DNA from: Gemmatimonadota bacterium
GTDB lineage: Bacteria > Gemmatimonadota > Gemmatimonadetes > Palauibacterales > Palauibacteraceae
Assembly: GCA_958295535.1 (NCBI GenBank)
Contig: OY282356.1
Span: forward strand, 2,244,611-2,308,610
Length of the DNA stretch: 64,000 nucleotides
Direction of reading: 5' to 3'
Below the pieces are notes generated by a model that did not search any database, had not been told where the DNA came from, and was given only the letters and a program-made list of their open reading frames with translations. Shown one piece after another: positions 40,801 through 49,604 of this stretch; within the stretch, counting starts at the first letter, position 1; the number at the start of each line of letters is the position of its first letter. The position numbers and the translations under genes were made by a program.

Positions 40801-41154
40801 CAGCAGTTCGCCGCAAAAGGAGTGGATAGTGCCGACCGAGAGGCTGTCTATCTCCCACCTGAGCTCTTCGCCGCGCGGCGAGGCTTCTATGCGAGCCGCG
40901 AGCTGGCGCTTGAGATTGCACGCCGCCTTCTCGGTGAAGGTGATGGCGGCGATCTGATCCAGCCGGCACGGATTCTTGGGTGGGACAAGCGGCTCTCCGG
41001 TGTCGCCTCCAACCCCGAATGGGATGCCCAACTGCCAGAGGATCTTCCCCGCAACGGTCGTGGTCTTGCCGGTTCCGGCGCTCGCGGCGAGCAATGTGTC
41101 CCCGGTGGCGTAGATGGCGCGGAGCTGTTCGGCAGTCCACCGTATCTCGCTCAC
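37849..41154 (-). CDS. addA: UvrD-type helicase-nuclease, AddA-like
   Basis: Helicase motifs ASAGTGKT, AITFTEKAA, TIHSFC, IDEFQDT, VGDPKQSIYRFRGA, TIHQAKGLEW and RLLYVAVSR. C-terminal RecB-type nuclease (GAMDL...IDFKT...Q...Y). Confidence 0.88.
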   Translation of the reverse strand: MSEIRWTAEQLRAIYATGDTLLAASAGTGKTTTVAGKILWQLGIPFGVGGDTGEPLVPPKNPCRLDQIAAITFTEKAACNLKRQLAARIEASPRGEELRWEIDSLSVGTIHSFCGELLREHALRLGIDPTFEVMDEDEAWAEQDLLIKELILERMEANDPSARTLLQRMRLSGRGHARGAVDHVRTVLRDLRWRGRSYARWLAADGSAGVSLDLPAIETAWDKVVAARNECFVDEESLEDKNGFREWTPGDDEALAICDALIDLASEAQRRWEASLLEDNRRDFDSLILEARNLLAGPRGKAALAAIQRRYRILVIDEFQDTDFAQRDIALAIASLDIDDAARPQLFLVGDPKQSIYRFRGADISVWNQVVQGLGDRGEVLDLSRNFRSLPRIIDFVNSVGNVALGETGDKLAAERPRSRVDYAALEADAADDWLSSVEWIVVNEGRAGPQREAEAAQIAARIEEVVGNLAIRDPATGELRSVAYRDIALLYRARTGLEQFKAALTSYGIPHYVAGLTHLASRQEIMDVLNVLRLLDAEWDDLRAFGYLRSPFVGLRDETIARMRLLQESAPLLAQARIWQAEGEWPEAPDHPELARIEREALAVGLETLDDLRRLAPRISVDELIEELLDRTGYRLHILMMDRADAVMANLQSLIHFAEDHRGDDLSAFLEIWDRSTTRDVGVPQAALDSAEDDLVILTTIHQAKGLEWPLVFLASINQPLWRAPANEYFFDPELGPLYALKKKDRGGRGNFIVWREQLEAEAEEARLLYVAVSRARDHLVIVGSDEKRRGYNHWLVHGGASRLAPSSKMESFGTARPPGLDWLDRYTAVEPPALIAPRPEPSPSWAHSATELMLRSTDPEAWERRYRHGVLDSEMFAPAVHGEATAPSLSPLLRGKVIHGVLERLEEEEELSRILDETIGSLDEPELDYVLRSGSKYRERMEHEIRRVVTSEEWRWYTEGEVGRDYWKELRFVHIVGPRDWRIGAMDLFRRVVQPSSGARASGAEDCDTPNLLQWGAHPLSGASGESAERGERVRTLVIDFKTHRITADQAMMVAREYDIQAAVYRAAARLAGKSAVGLHFTVPNILVPMRPERDRAAD

Positions 41155-41330
41155 TGTCCGGGCGCCCCTTCGTCCTGGCGCCGTGCCCGGCTATCCCGCG
41201 CAGCGTGCCCAGCTGTATCTCGCTCGCTGTCCGGACGCCCCTCCCCCCCGGCGCCGCGCCCGGCTATCCCGCGCAGCGTGCCCAGCCGTATCTCACTCAT
41301 GGTCCGGGCGCCCCTCCCCCCTGGGCCGCG
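41142..41330. repeat. 73-bp-period tandem repeat (~2.5 copies) at the addB-addA junction
   Basis: Units start gtatctc(g/a)ctc at 41142, 41215 and 41288. Confidence 0.9.
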
Positions 41331-44300
41331 CGGATCCGCCCTGGCCAAGCGTCCCGGCAGCTTCGCCGCCGCCCTCGGTCGACTTGCCGTCAGCCTCGGT
41401 CGCTTGGCCGTCGGCGTCGGCCGCCCTGCTCGCCGCACCGTGCAGCACGCGCAGGGGCAGATGCACGAAGCGGTGCCCCGACTCGATGCCGGAGTCGTTG
41501 CGGCGAATCTCGATACCGGGATCCCATGGCTGCCACCTTCCCAACCGAGAGACGACCGGCTCGAAGTAACCCGCGCAGATCCGCGCTGGAATGGACACCG
41601 CCAGCCGGAGGGCTTCATGGTGTTCGTCGGAGTCGAACTTGATCATGCCGCCGTTTATCGGCCGACGGGGACTCTTTATCGCTCGGTAGCGGCAGGAGCC
41701 CATCTTGAAGCCCTGGTTCGCGAGCGCTTGGGAATACACGATCCCCTGGAGGGCCGTCCCATCCGAAAAGCTGCTCTTGCCCGGCGTTATGCTGCTCTTG
41801 TAATCCAGCACGTGGTGGCATCCATCCCTGTCCCGGTCGATCCTGTCGACCCGGCCTCGAACGCGCATGCGCGACCGGCGATTCCAGACGTCGCTCGCCT
41901 CCAGAAACTCTTCTTCGTACTGGAATCCGAACATGTGCTCGACGGCGACCGGCTCCTCGGACACGCTTGTCAGATGGCCGAGCTCCCACTCCAGATAGCC
42001 GGCCACCGAGTTCGTCACGTCCTCCAGACTCACGGAGCGAAGGACATCGCTCCCCAGCCACTCTTCTTCCTGGCGCGCGTTGCAGACCTGCTCCGCGATC
42101 TCTCGAACCAGATTCTCGGCTTCCTCATCGAGCCGGGGAGGGAGCGTGCCGCCGACATAGCCACCGTAGAAGCGGGCAAGGATTTCGTGCGCGATATTGC
42201 CGAACGCGAGGGGCGAGAAGTCCTCCGCCGCTTCCTCGATGCCGCCCAGATGAAGGACATGTTTCACAAGAAAGACGAAGGGCGCCCTGGCATAGCTCTC
42301 CAGAGCGGTCGCGAGCCAGACGTGATCCGCGAAGGTCTCGTGCAGACAGGCGAGCACATCGGGATCGCGCAATTCTCCGTTCCACGGATTGGGGAGGCGC
42401 GGCGCATCGGCGAAGCGGGGGTAGCGCTCCAGACCGGGGCCGCGGCACGCCTCGCCGACCGCCGCCACTATGGCGCGCCGGATATGCGCCGGGCGGGCGG
42501 GGGCTATCTGGAAGACACCCTCGGAGGGGAGGGTGAGTCTCGCCCCGAGCCCCTCGTGCAAGAGGACGGCGGCCTGCTGGTCAGCCTCTTCCTCCGTCAC
42601 CGGCGGGCGACTCGCTTGCGGACGGCTGGCGCGGGGCAATTCGGAAGACGGGTCGTGCTTCGGTACCATGAGCGATGGGAGGAGCGGGGTTCCGCCCGGT
42701 CTGGTGGTTCGGTAGCTGATCCGGACCACGCCCTCCTGTTGCGTGACCGAGCGCCATAGAGCTCGTTCTTGCCGGAGTTCGCTCGCTCGGTGTGATAGCG
42801 GCAGCCCCAGCTTGGCCAGTCGCACCTTCTCTTGGGCGGAGAAGACGCCGCTAGCGGGTGCGCGCCGGGGGAATTCTCCGTCGTTGGCATGTACGACGAA
42901 GACATGCGAGAACGGCGTGAGCGAGGCGTCGCGCGCCTCGAGCAGCTGGACACCCTTCCCGCTGGGAGTCGAAAGCACCAGCTCGTTCGCGGCGAGGATC
43001 TTCTTGAGGAGCGCGTGCCACTCCTCGGGGCCGACCATGCCCGGGGCGTGATCGAGCCCGTGCCACTCCCGGAGCAACTTCTCCACGACGATAATTCCGC
43101 GTTGGTCCGACCGCACCACATCCCACCGTCCCCCGACGGGGTTGCAGACCCTGTGGCGCATTTCGAATGCGCCCCGCCCCGCCAGGAGCCCCAGAGTGGC
43201 TTCGATCCAGGCGGCTTCCGGACGCGGCTCTCGCAGCGGTTCGAGTAGTGCGCGCACTTTGTCGAAGGCGGAGATGTCCGTCTGGGCAGAACGCTGATAC
43301 CGCCGTTCCTGCGCGAGGCTCTCCAGCTGCTTCCTCCATTCGCCCAGTCCGGCCACCCGCCGCTGGGCCGCGATGATATCCAGGATCCGCAGGTCCACGG
43401 CCGTGTCGAAGTACGGGTGCGCAAGCACGCTTCGGAGGGAGCGGTAGTCCCAGTTGCGCGCCGATCCCCTGAGAATCGAGAGGAGAGCCTTGAGGGCCGG
43501 CGCTTCCGCGAGGGGAGTCCGGATGCGAGCGCTGGCAGGCACTCCGGCACGGGCCAGCGCGTCGTAGGCGCGACGGGTGTTGTCGCGGCCGCTCCGCGCC
43601 ACGACGGCGATCTCGTGCGGTTCGGTATCGCCCCCGGCCATGATCTTCTTGATCTCTCGGGCTACCCATGTCATCTCGCGGGTCGCGTCCGGAACCGGCT
43701 GCACGCGGATGTCCGTGGCCGGGGGCGCGCGGCCCGGCGTCGGCGCCGAAGAATCATCGGCGCCGACGCCCGGAACCGGCCCTGCTTCCATGCCGGAAGT
43801 CGCGGAGCCGGAAGTTGCGGGGTCGGCGGTCGCGGCCCCGCGGGCGGTCGCGAACTCCGCGCCGGCAGCCGGGAGACCAGGGGCGTCGGCCGGGAGTCCG
43901 GCGCCAGCGCCGGACGCGCGACCCGACATGTCTAGCGACAGCTGTTCCGGCGAACTCGCGGCCGCCGCACCGTCATCTTCAGGGCCCTGCTCCCGCGCGG
44001 CGCTATCGGACGCCGAGAGACCGCGCCCCCCGGTGCCGGCCGCCGCATCGTCGCCCCGAGCCGCTATGCGATCTTTCCGGGAGCGGGGGCGGCCCGGCGG
44101 CGGCAGCGCGGCGGCCGCTTGGCCGGCCAACCGGGCTTCAGTTCCCGGGCCGCCGCCAGAAGCGCCGTCCGCCTCGATGTCCTCGTCCGCACCTGTAAGC
44201 GGCGGCGCGCCCGTGTGCCGTGCCGCGCCCGTCGCGACGCTCCGCCCACACGCTTGCACCGTGCGGGCGGCCAAGCCGTCGAAGAACGCATCCGGCTCCG

Positions 44301-45123
44301 GCTCGGCGGGCAGGTAGATATGCACCTCGACCGCCTGTTGTCCGGCCAGCGCCCTGAACATCCGGCGCCGCGCGTTAGGAGTCGCGATGCCGTATATGTG
44401 GAGCTTCCTGGCGCCCCCTATGGCCGCCCGCAGGTTGCCCGCTTCGATCTGGGCGGCGATGATCGCGTTCGCCGAGCGCATGTCGAACAGTCCGGCTTCG
44501 CCGAGGGCGTCGAGGTAGGCCCGGTATACTTCCACGACCCACCGGTTGCGCCGACGGGCGAAGTCGTCCCGCTCCAACCGGCGCAATGTGGCCGCCACCT
44601 CCTCTGGCGCGACGCCCTCGGGCAGCAGTTCGCTCAGCACGGAGTCGAGCATGTGGCCCCGGATGACCCCGCCCGCGCCGCTGGGTTCGCGTCCAAGTAT
44701 CTCGCGGCCTAGACGGGCCGCATGCCGGCCCAGATAGCGGCGGCGCGTGAGCAGGCCTACGGGCTTCCCCTGGACGCCGAAGCGCTCCGGCAACTCGCTC
44801 GCGAGGCTGATCGGGGGACCCAGCCAGCCAACTTGGCCGCGAGCCGAGGCGGCTTCGAGCAGAAGATCGCGCAGGTGGCGGGTCGAGAGCCATATCCAGG
44901 CGCCGCTGGAGGCGCCGGGTCCCGCGCTGGCCGAACCGCCGACACCACCCAGTCCCGCGCCGGCCGAACCGCCGGAAGCGCTTGGCCGCCCGCCTGCCCG
45001 ACCGCTGGCGCTGGCCGAACCGCCGACGCCGCCCGCCCCTGGCCCAGCGCCGTCCAGGAAGGCGTCTACGCAGCTCCGCCACAAGGCGGACGCGGACGAC
45101 CCTCTAACTACCGTGACCGGCAT
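41293..45123 (-). CDS. addB: AddB-like inactive helicase with PD-(D/E)XK nuclease
   Basis: Directly upstream of addA. Degenerate helicase motifs (EIAVVAR, VFVVHANDGEFP) and nuclease RGRVDRID...VLDYKS...LQ..VY. Contains a long low-complexity insertion. Confidence 0.8.
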   Translation of the reverse strand: MPVTVVRGSSASALWRSCVDAFLDGAGPGAGGVGGSASASGRAGGRPSASGGSAGAGLGGVGGSASAGPGASSGAWIWLSTRHLRDLLLEAASARGQVGWLGPPISLASELPERFGVQGKPVGLLTRRRYLGRHAARLGREILGREPSGAGGVIRGHMLDSVLSELLPEGVAPEEVAATLRRLERDDFARRRNRWVVEVYRAYLDALGEAGLFDMRSANAIIAAQIEAGNLRAAIGGARKLHIYGIATPNARRRMFRALAGQQAVEVHIYLPAEPEPDAFFDGLAARTVQACGRSVATGAARHTGAPPLTGADEDIEADGASGGGPGTEARLAGQAAAALPPPGRPRSRKDRIAARGDDAAAGTGGRGLSASDSAAREQGPEDDGAAAASSPEQLSLDMSGRASGAGAGLPADAPGLPAAGAEFATARGAATADPATSGSATSGMEAGPVPGVGADDSSAPTPGRAPPATDIRVQPVPDATREMTWVAREIKKIMAGGDTEPHEIAVVARSGRDNTRRAYDALARAGVPASARIRTPLAEAPALKALLSILRGSARNWDYRSLRSVLAHPYFDTAVDLRILDIIAAQRRVAGLGEWRKQLESLAQERRYQRSAQTDISAFDKVRALLEPLREPRPEAAWIEATLGLLAGRGAFEMRHRVCNPVGGRWDVVRSDQRGIIVVEKLLREWHGLDHAPGMVGPEEWHALLKKILAANELVLSTPSGKGVQLLEARDASLTPFSHVFVVHANDGEFPRRAPASGVFSAQEKVRLAKLGLPLSHRASELRQERALWRSVTQQEGVVRISYRTTRPGGTPLLPSLMVPKHDPSSELPRASRPQASRPPVTEEEADQQAAVLLHEGLGARLTLPSEGVFQIAPARPAHIRRAIVAAVGEACRGPGLERYPRFADAPRLPNPWNGELRDPDVLACLHETFADHVWLATALESYARAPFVFLVKHVLHLGGIEEAAEDFSPLAFGNIAHEILARFYGGYVGGTLPPRLDEEAENLVREIAEQVCNARQEEEWLGSDVLRSVSLEDVTNSVAGYLEWELGHLTSVSEEPVAVEHMFGFQYEEEFLEASDVWNRRSRMRVRGRVDRIDRDRDGCHHVLDYKSSITPGKSSFSDGTALQGIVYSQALANQGFKMGSCRYRAIKSPRRPINGGMIKFDSDEHHEALRLAVSIPARICAGYFEPVVSRLGRWQPWDPGIEIRRNDSGIESGHRFVHLPLRVLHGAASRAADADGQATEADGKSTEGGGEAAGTLGQGGSARPRGEGRPDHE

Positions 45124-45506
45124 GTTTCATGGCTCCAATATGGTCCGTCGGGCATCTCTTCGTCCGGCTCGCCGCCGACCGGGCCACTCTGCACGGGGGG
45201 CAGGGGCGGGCGGTTGTGAAGCGCCGGGGCGCAACTCATGTTGAAGTTCATGTCACGAGGCCCGGGCCAGGGATGCCATGACCGCGCTGCCTTCCGAACG
45301 AAGGGCGGTCATCATTTCTTCATCCTGCTCTTGCACTCCGTCCTCCTACAACCTGCTCTCGCACAGAGGTGGCACGTATGACCACGATCCGTCTCCGCTC
45401 CCGTTCTCGGTCGCTCCCCGCACCCCTCGAAGGGGCGGCATCCTCGTTCTCCCGTCTCCTGCACCGAGTCGCGCCGCTGCGGAAGAGTCCCGTTTCGGAC
45501 GGCACG

Positions 45507-47630
45507 ATGGCTCCGCTCCGACTCGCTTACCTGCCCGGACTGGCCAGCGCGACCGCCCTCGCGGTCCTTGGGTGCGCGACCGGCGACCAGGCCGCCGGAG
45601 ACCCGTGCTCGAATCCGCCCAACGAGATCGTGGCGGAAAACTGCCTTGACGGCCACCCTTCCACGGAGTGGGACATCAACGGGTACGGCGACCCTAGCAT
45701 CCAGGGCTTCGGCACCGAAATTTCGATCTCCCCGGGAGAGACAGTCGGCTTCAAGATCGACACCGAGTCGGCCGATTACCGCATAGACATATATCGGATG
45801 GGATACTACGGGGGGATGGGGGCGCGCCGCGTCGATTCGATCGAGCCCTCCGCGCCGCTCCCGCAGTTCCAACCGGAGTGCATCAGGGGAGCCATTCCCG
45901 TGCTGGCCGCGGACGGCGGCGCCAGCGTCTGGCCCGCCCCGCTGGTCGACTGCGGCAACTGGGCGATGTCCGCGGAGTGGCAAGCTCCGCCCGGCGCCAC
46001 ATCCGGCATCTACTTCGCCCGGCTGGTTCGCGAGGACCCGGTGGAGGGGTGGTTCAAGAACGACGCCTTCGCCCCGACCCCGCTTCCTCCCACTGGCCGG
46101 GACTCTCTGTGGGAAGCCGAGGGATTTCGGGCGGTGATGCGCAATGGCCTTCGCGAGCCCAGGGCCAGCCATATCTACTTCGTCGTGAGAGACGACGACG
46201 GCGGGTCCGAGATGCTCTTTCAGACCTCGGACCTGACTTGGCAGGCGTACAACCGGTACGGCGGGCACAGCGTCTACGGGCGGCTCAACCCGGCGCGGCT
46301 CCGGCTGCACGGCGGCCCGCCTCGAGCGCCCAAGGTCAGCTACAACCGGCCGTTCGAGACTCGGCACTACCGGGCAGTCAACATGGTCTTCAACTCCGAA
46401 TACCCCATGGTCCGCTGGCTCGAGCGAAACGGCTTCAACGTCAGCTACACCTCCGGGATCGATACCGACCGGCGCGGAGAAGAGCTGCTGGAGCATAAGG
46501 TTTTCCTATCGGTCGGACACGACGAGTACTGGACTGGACGGCAACGCCGGAATGTGGAAGCGGCGCGCGCGGCCGGCGTTCACCTCGCCTTCTTCAGTTC
46601 GAACGAGATCTACTGGAAGGTGCGCTGGGAGGAGAGCATCGACGGCAGCGGCCAACCGTATCGCACGCTCGTCACTTACAAAGATTCGCAAGACCATCGG
46701 AGGCTCGACCCGGAGGAGTGGACCGGACTGTTCAAAGAGCACCGGTCGATCAACGAGGAGGGACCTTGGCCGGAGAATGCGCTCACCGGGACGCTGTTCA
46801 CGGTGAACGCCTGGCGAAACGACCCGCTGATAGTGAGCGCCGGCTTCGCCGACTTGAGATTCTGGCGCAACACGGAGGTCGCGCGGCTCCGGACGGGGGA
46901 GCGCTACGTCTCGATCAAGGGGATCCTCGGCCACGAATGGGATTCGGACATCGACAACGGATTCCGGCCCGCAGGTCTCTTCCGCCTGGCCGCGACCACC
47001 ATAGACAACACCCTGTACTGCGTACATCCGGGTCGCAGCTGCGAGACTGGCACGGCGACGCACCACGCCGTGATGTACCGGCACAAGAGCGGCGCCCTGG
47101 TGTTTGGTTCGGGGACGCTGCAGTGGTCGTGGGGACTCGACTCGCACCATGACACGGAGACGGGGGTGCCGCCGGAGCGCCAGAATGGCGCGTCCACGCG
47201 CGTAGGCGTCGATCCCAACGGCCCCGACCGGGTCATTCAGCAGGCTACGCTGAATCTGTTCGCGGATATGGGGGTTCAGCCCGAGACGATGCAGCCGGAC
47301 CTGATCCGCGCGGCGGCTTCCATGGACAATGTCCCGCCCGTCTCGACATTCGAGCTGCCGGAAGCCGAGGCATCGGGTGTCGGCGGAATGGTTACCATCG
47401 CCGGAACGGCCGCGGACGGCGGCGGCGGAGTTGTCGCGGCCGTGGAGGTCTCTCTGGACGGCGGAGCGACCTGGCATCCGGCCGATGGCAGGGCCGAGTG
47501 GAGCTTCAGCTTCGACCTGGGAGCTCGCGGCGGCCAAGTTTCGGTGCTGAGCCGCGCCGTGGATGACAGCGGGAACATCGAGGCGGCAACCGGCGAAGGA
47601 GTCTCGCTTGCCGCCGCCGTCCGCCAGTAG
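45507..47630 (+). CDS. N,N-dimethylformamidase beta-subunit-like (DUF6605-type) lipoprotein with C-terminal Ig-like domain
   Basis: Motifs TWQAYNRYGG, VSYNRP, SVGHDEYW, NEIYWKVR and QQATLNLFADMG. Lipobox VLGC if started at ATG 45507 (ORF open from 45369). C-terminal VEVSLDGGATW...SRAVDDSGN. Confidence 0.8.
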   Translation: MAPLRLAYLPGLASATALAVLGCATGDQAAGDPCSNPPNEIVAENCLDGHPSTEWDINGYGDPSIQGFGTEISISPGETVGFKIDTESADYRIDIYRMGYYGGMGARRVDSIEPSAPLPQFQPECIRGAIPVLAADGGASVWPAPLVDCGNWAMSAEWQAPPGATSGIYFARLVREDPVEGWFKNDAFAPTPLPPTGRDSLWEAEGFRAVMRNGLREPRASHIYFVVRDDDGGSEMLFQTSDLTWQAYNRYGGHSVYGRLNPARLRLHGGPPRAPKVSYNRPFETRHYRAVNMVFNSEYPMVRWLERNGFNVSYTSGIDTDRRGEELLEHKVFLSVGHDEYWTGRQRRNVEAARAAGVHLAFFSSNEIYWKVRWEESIDGSGQPYRTLVTYKDSQDHRRLDPEEWTGLFKEHRSINEEGPWPENALTGTLFTVNAWRNDPLIVSAGFADLRFWRNTEVARLRTGERYVSIKGILGHEWDSDIDNGFRPAGLFRLAATTIDNTLYCVHPGRSCETGTATHHAVMYRHKSGALVFGSGTLQWSWGLDSHHDTETGVPPERQNGASTRVGVDPNGPDRVIQQATLNLFADMGVQPETMQPDLIRAAASMDNVPPVSTFELPEAEASGVGGMVTIAGTAADGGGGVVAAVEVSLDGGATWHPADGRAEWSFSFDLGARGGQVSVLSRAVDDSGNIEAATGEGVSLAAAVRQ

Positions 47631-47632
47631 GC

Positions 47633-47770
47633 GGCCGACCCGGCGGCGGCTGGCGGCGGCCGACCCGGCGGCGGTGACGGGGTTGGCCGACCCGGCGGCG
47701 GCGGGGCTGGTGACGGGGTTGGCCGACCGGCAGCGAGTTTAGTCGGCGGCGGGGTTGGCGCCGGCGGGCC
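47633..47770. repeat. Degenerate GC-rich tandem repeats between convergent genes
   Basis: ggccgacccggcggcgg x3 and ggtgacggggttggccgacc x2, directly after the TAG at 47630. Confidence 0.75.
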
Positions 47771-47857
47771 GAAGCGGCGAGACACCTTGCGCAGCCGCTC
47801 TACCACGACGCGGCGCGGGCGCCGCCCGACCCGCCCGCGGGCTGGCCGTTTAGCGGG

Positions 47858-49408
47858 CTAGCCGTCGTTTGCCGGGAAGACCAAGTCGACCCGGCTGCCC
47901 TCCGAAGCCGGCCACCGGGCCGTCATCACCTTCGGTTTCGTGTAGAAGTGGATGCCTTCCGGCCCGTAGATGGCGTGCGCTCCGAATAGCGAATCCTTCC
48001 AACCTCCAAAGGAGTGGTATCCGACCGGCACAGGGATGGGGACGTTTATTCCGACCATTCCCGCGTCGGCCTCTTCCTGGAAACGACGCGCCGTCCGGCC
48101 GTCGCCCGTGAAGATGGCCGCGCCATTCCCCCAGCGGTTGTCTCTGATGAGTTCGACGGCCTCTTCGTAGCTCCGCACGCGGACGACGCAGAGAACGGGA
48201 CCGAATATCTCGTCCTGGTACACGGACATGGCGGGGGTAACCCGGTCCAGCAGCGTCACGCCCAGGAAGAAGCCGGCATCCGTGAAGCGCGGCTGCCGAC
48301 CATCGACGATCACATGGGCGCCCGCATCCTCGCCACGCTGCACGTACTCCGCGACTCTGTCCCTGTGTTCCTCTGTGATTAGCGGACCCATCTCCGAGGC
48401 CGGATCGTCGCCGGGCCCGATTCGCAGCTGGCACATGCGCTCGCGCACAGCCTCCACGAAGGCGTCGGCGACATCGCCCACCGTTACGGCAACGGAGATC
48501 GCCATGCAGCGCTCGCCCGCGGAGCCGCACGAGGCGGAGACCGCGGCGTCGGCGGCCACCCCGATGTCCGCATCCGGCAGAACGACCATATGGTTCTTGG
48601 CGCCGCCCAGCGCCTGAACGCGCTTGCCGCGCGAAGTGGCCCGCTCGTAAACGAGCTTGGCGACGGGCGTCGATCCGACGAAGCTCACCGCCTGCACATC
48701 CGGATGTTCCAACAGACGGTTCACCGCCACATGGTCGCCCTGCACCACGTTGACGACTCCGGGGGGAAAGCCGGCTTCGACGAGGAGCTCGGCGAGGAAG
48801 GCCGGCGCGCTCGGGTCGCGGGGAGATGGCTTCAGCACGAAGGTGTTGCCGCACGCTATGGCGTTGGGGAACATCCACAGGGCGACCATGGCCGGGAAGT
48901 TGAACGGCGTGATCCCCGCCACCACTCCTAGAGGGCGGCGCACCGAGTAGACGTCTATCCCGCCCGACGCCTGTTCGTTGTACGTCCCTTTCAGATGCTC
49001 CGCGAGACCGCACGCGTACTCGATGTTCTCCAGGCCGCGCGCGACTTCGCCCATGGCGTCGGACGCCACCTTGCCGTGTTCGGCCGTGATGAGCTGCGCC
49101 AACTCGGCAGCGCGGTCCGCGACCAAGCCCCTGTAGGCGAACATCAGCTTCGTGCGCTGCGCGACGCTGGTGCGGCGCCACTCCTCGAACGCTCCGCGGG
49201 CGGATGCCACGGCGGCATCCACATCCGCGGCGCCGGCCAAGGGCGCTTCGCCGGTCTGGCGGCCGGTCGCCGGATCGAAGACTGGCGCGGTCCGGTCAGC
49301 CGTGCCCGGCCAGCGCTCTCCGTCCACTATGTGCGGAATGCGTTCCATGACGTCCGTCACGCGCGGCTCCGAAGTTGCGTATGCAGCGCTCGCTTCAACC
49401 AAGTCCAT
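47858..49408 (-). CDS. mmsA: CoA-acylating (methyl)malonate-semialdehyde dehydrogenase
   Basis: Motifs GITPFNFPAMV, SFVGSTPVA, RVQALGGAKNH, GSAGERCMAIS, EIFGPV and GINVPIPVP. The true start may be ~20 codons downstream. Confidence 0.92.
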   Translation of the reverse strand: MDLVEASAAYATSEPRVTDVMERIPHIVDGERWPGTADRTAPVFDPATGRQTGEAPLAGAADVDAAVASARGAFEEWRRTSVAQRTKLMFAYRGLVADRAAELAQLITAEHGKVASDAMGEVARGLENIEYACGLAEHLKGTYNEQASGGIDVYSVRRPLGVVAGITPFNFPAMVALWMFPNAIACGNTFVLKPSPRDPSAPAFLAELLVEAGFPPGVVNVVQGDHVAVNRLLEHPDVQAVSFVGSTPVAKLVYERATSRGKRVQALGGAKNHMVVLPDADIGVAADAAVSASCGSAGERCMAISVAVTVGDVADAFVEAVRERMCQLRIGPGDDPASEMGPLITEEHRDRVAEYVQRGEDAGAHVIVDGRQPRFTDAGFFLGVTLLDRVTPAMSVYQDEIFGPVLCVVRVRSYEEAVELIRDNRWGNGAAIFTGDGRTARRFQEEADAGMVGINVPIPVPVGYHSFGGWKDSLFGAHAIYGPEGIHFYTKPKVMTARWPASEGSRVDLVFPANDG

Positions 49409-49443
49409 ATCCTCTCGCCATGTCCGAGCCTTCAGGCCCTGGG

Positions 49444-49604
49444 CAGCTATCCTGCCGCCCCTTCAGTTTCTGCCGCCACTGTCAGCGCTCCTGCCGCGGC
49501 CCCGCCAGCTCTCCTGTCGCCGCCTCTCCAGCTCCTGCCGCCTCTTCAGCTATCCTGCCGCCCCGCCAGCTCCTGCCGCCCCGTCAATTCCTGCCGCCCC
49601 GTCA
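49444..49604. repeat. ~8 degenerate 18-23-bp tandem units between the two dehydrogenase genes
   Basis: Consensus cagctcctgccgccccg on +. On - it reads TGAcggggcggcAGGA, starting at the upstream gene's stop codon. Confidence 0.8.

Noticed and set aside
43715-44250. Intein in AddB
   Set aside because: The segment is low-complexity and has no Hint-domain blocks or terminal His-Asn.
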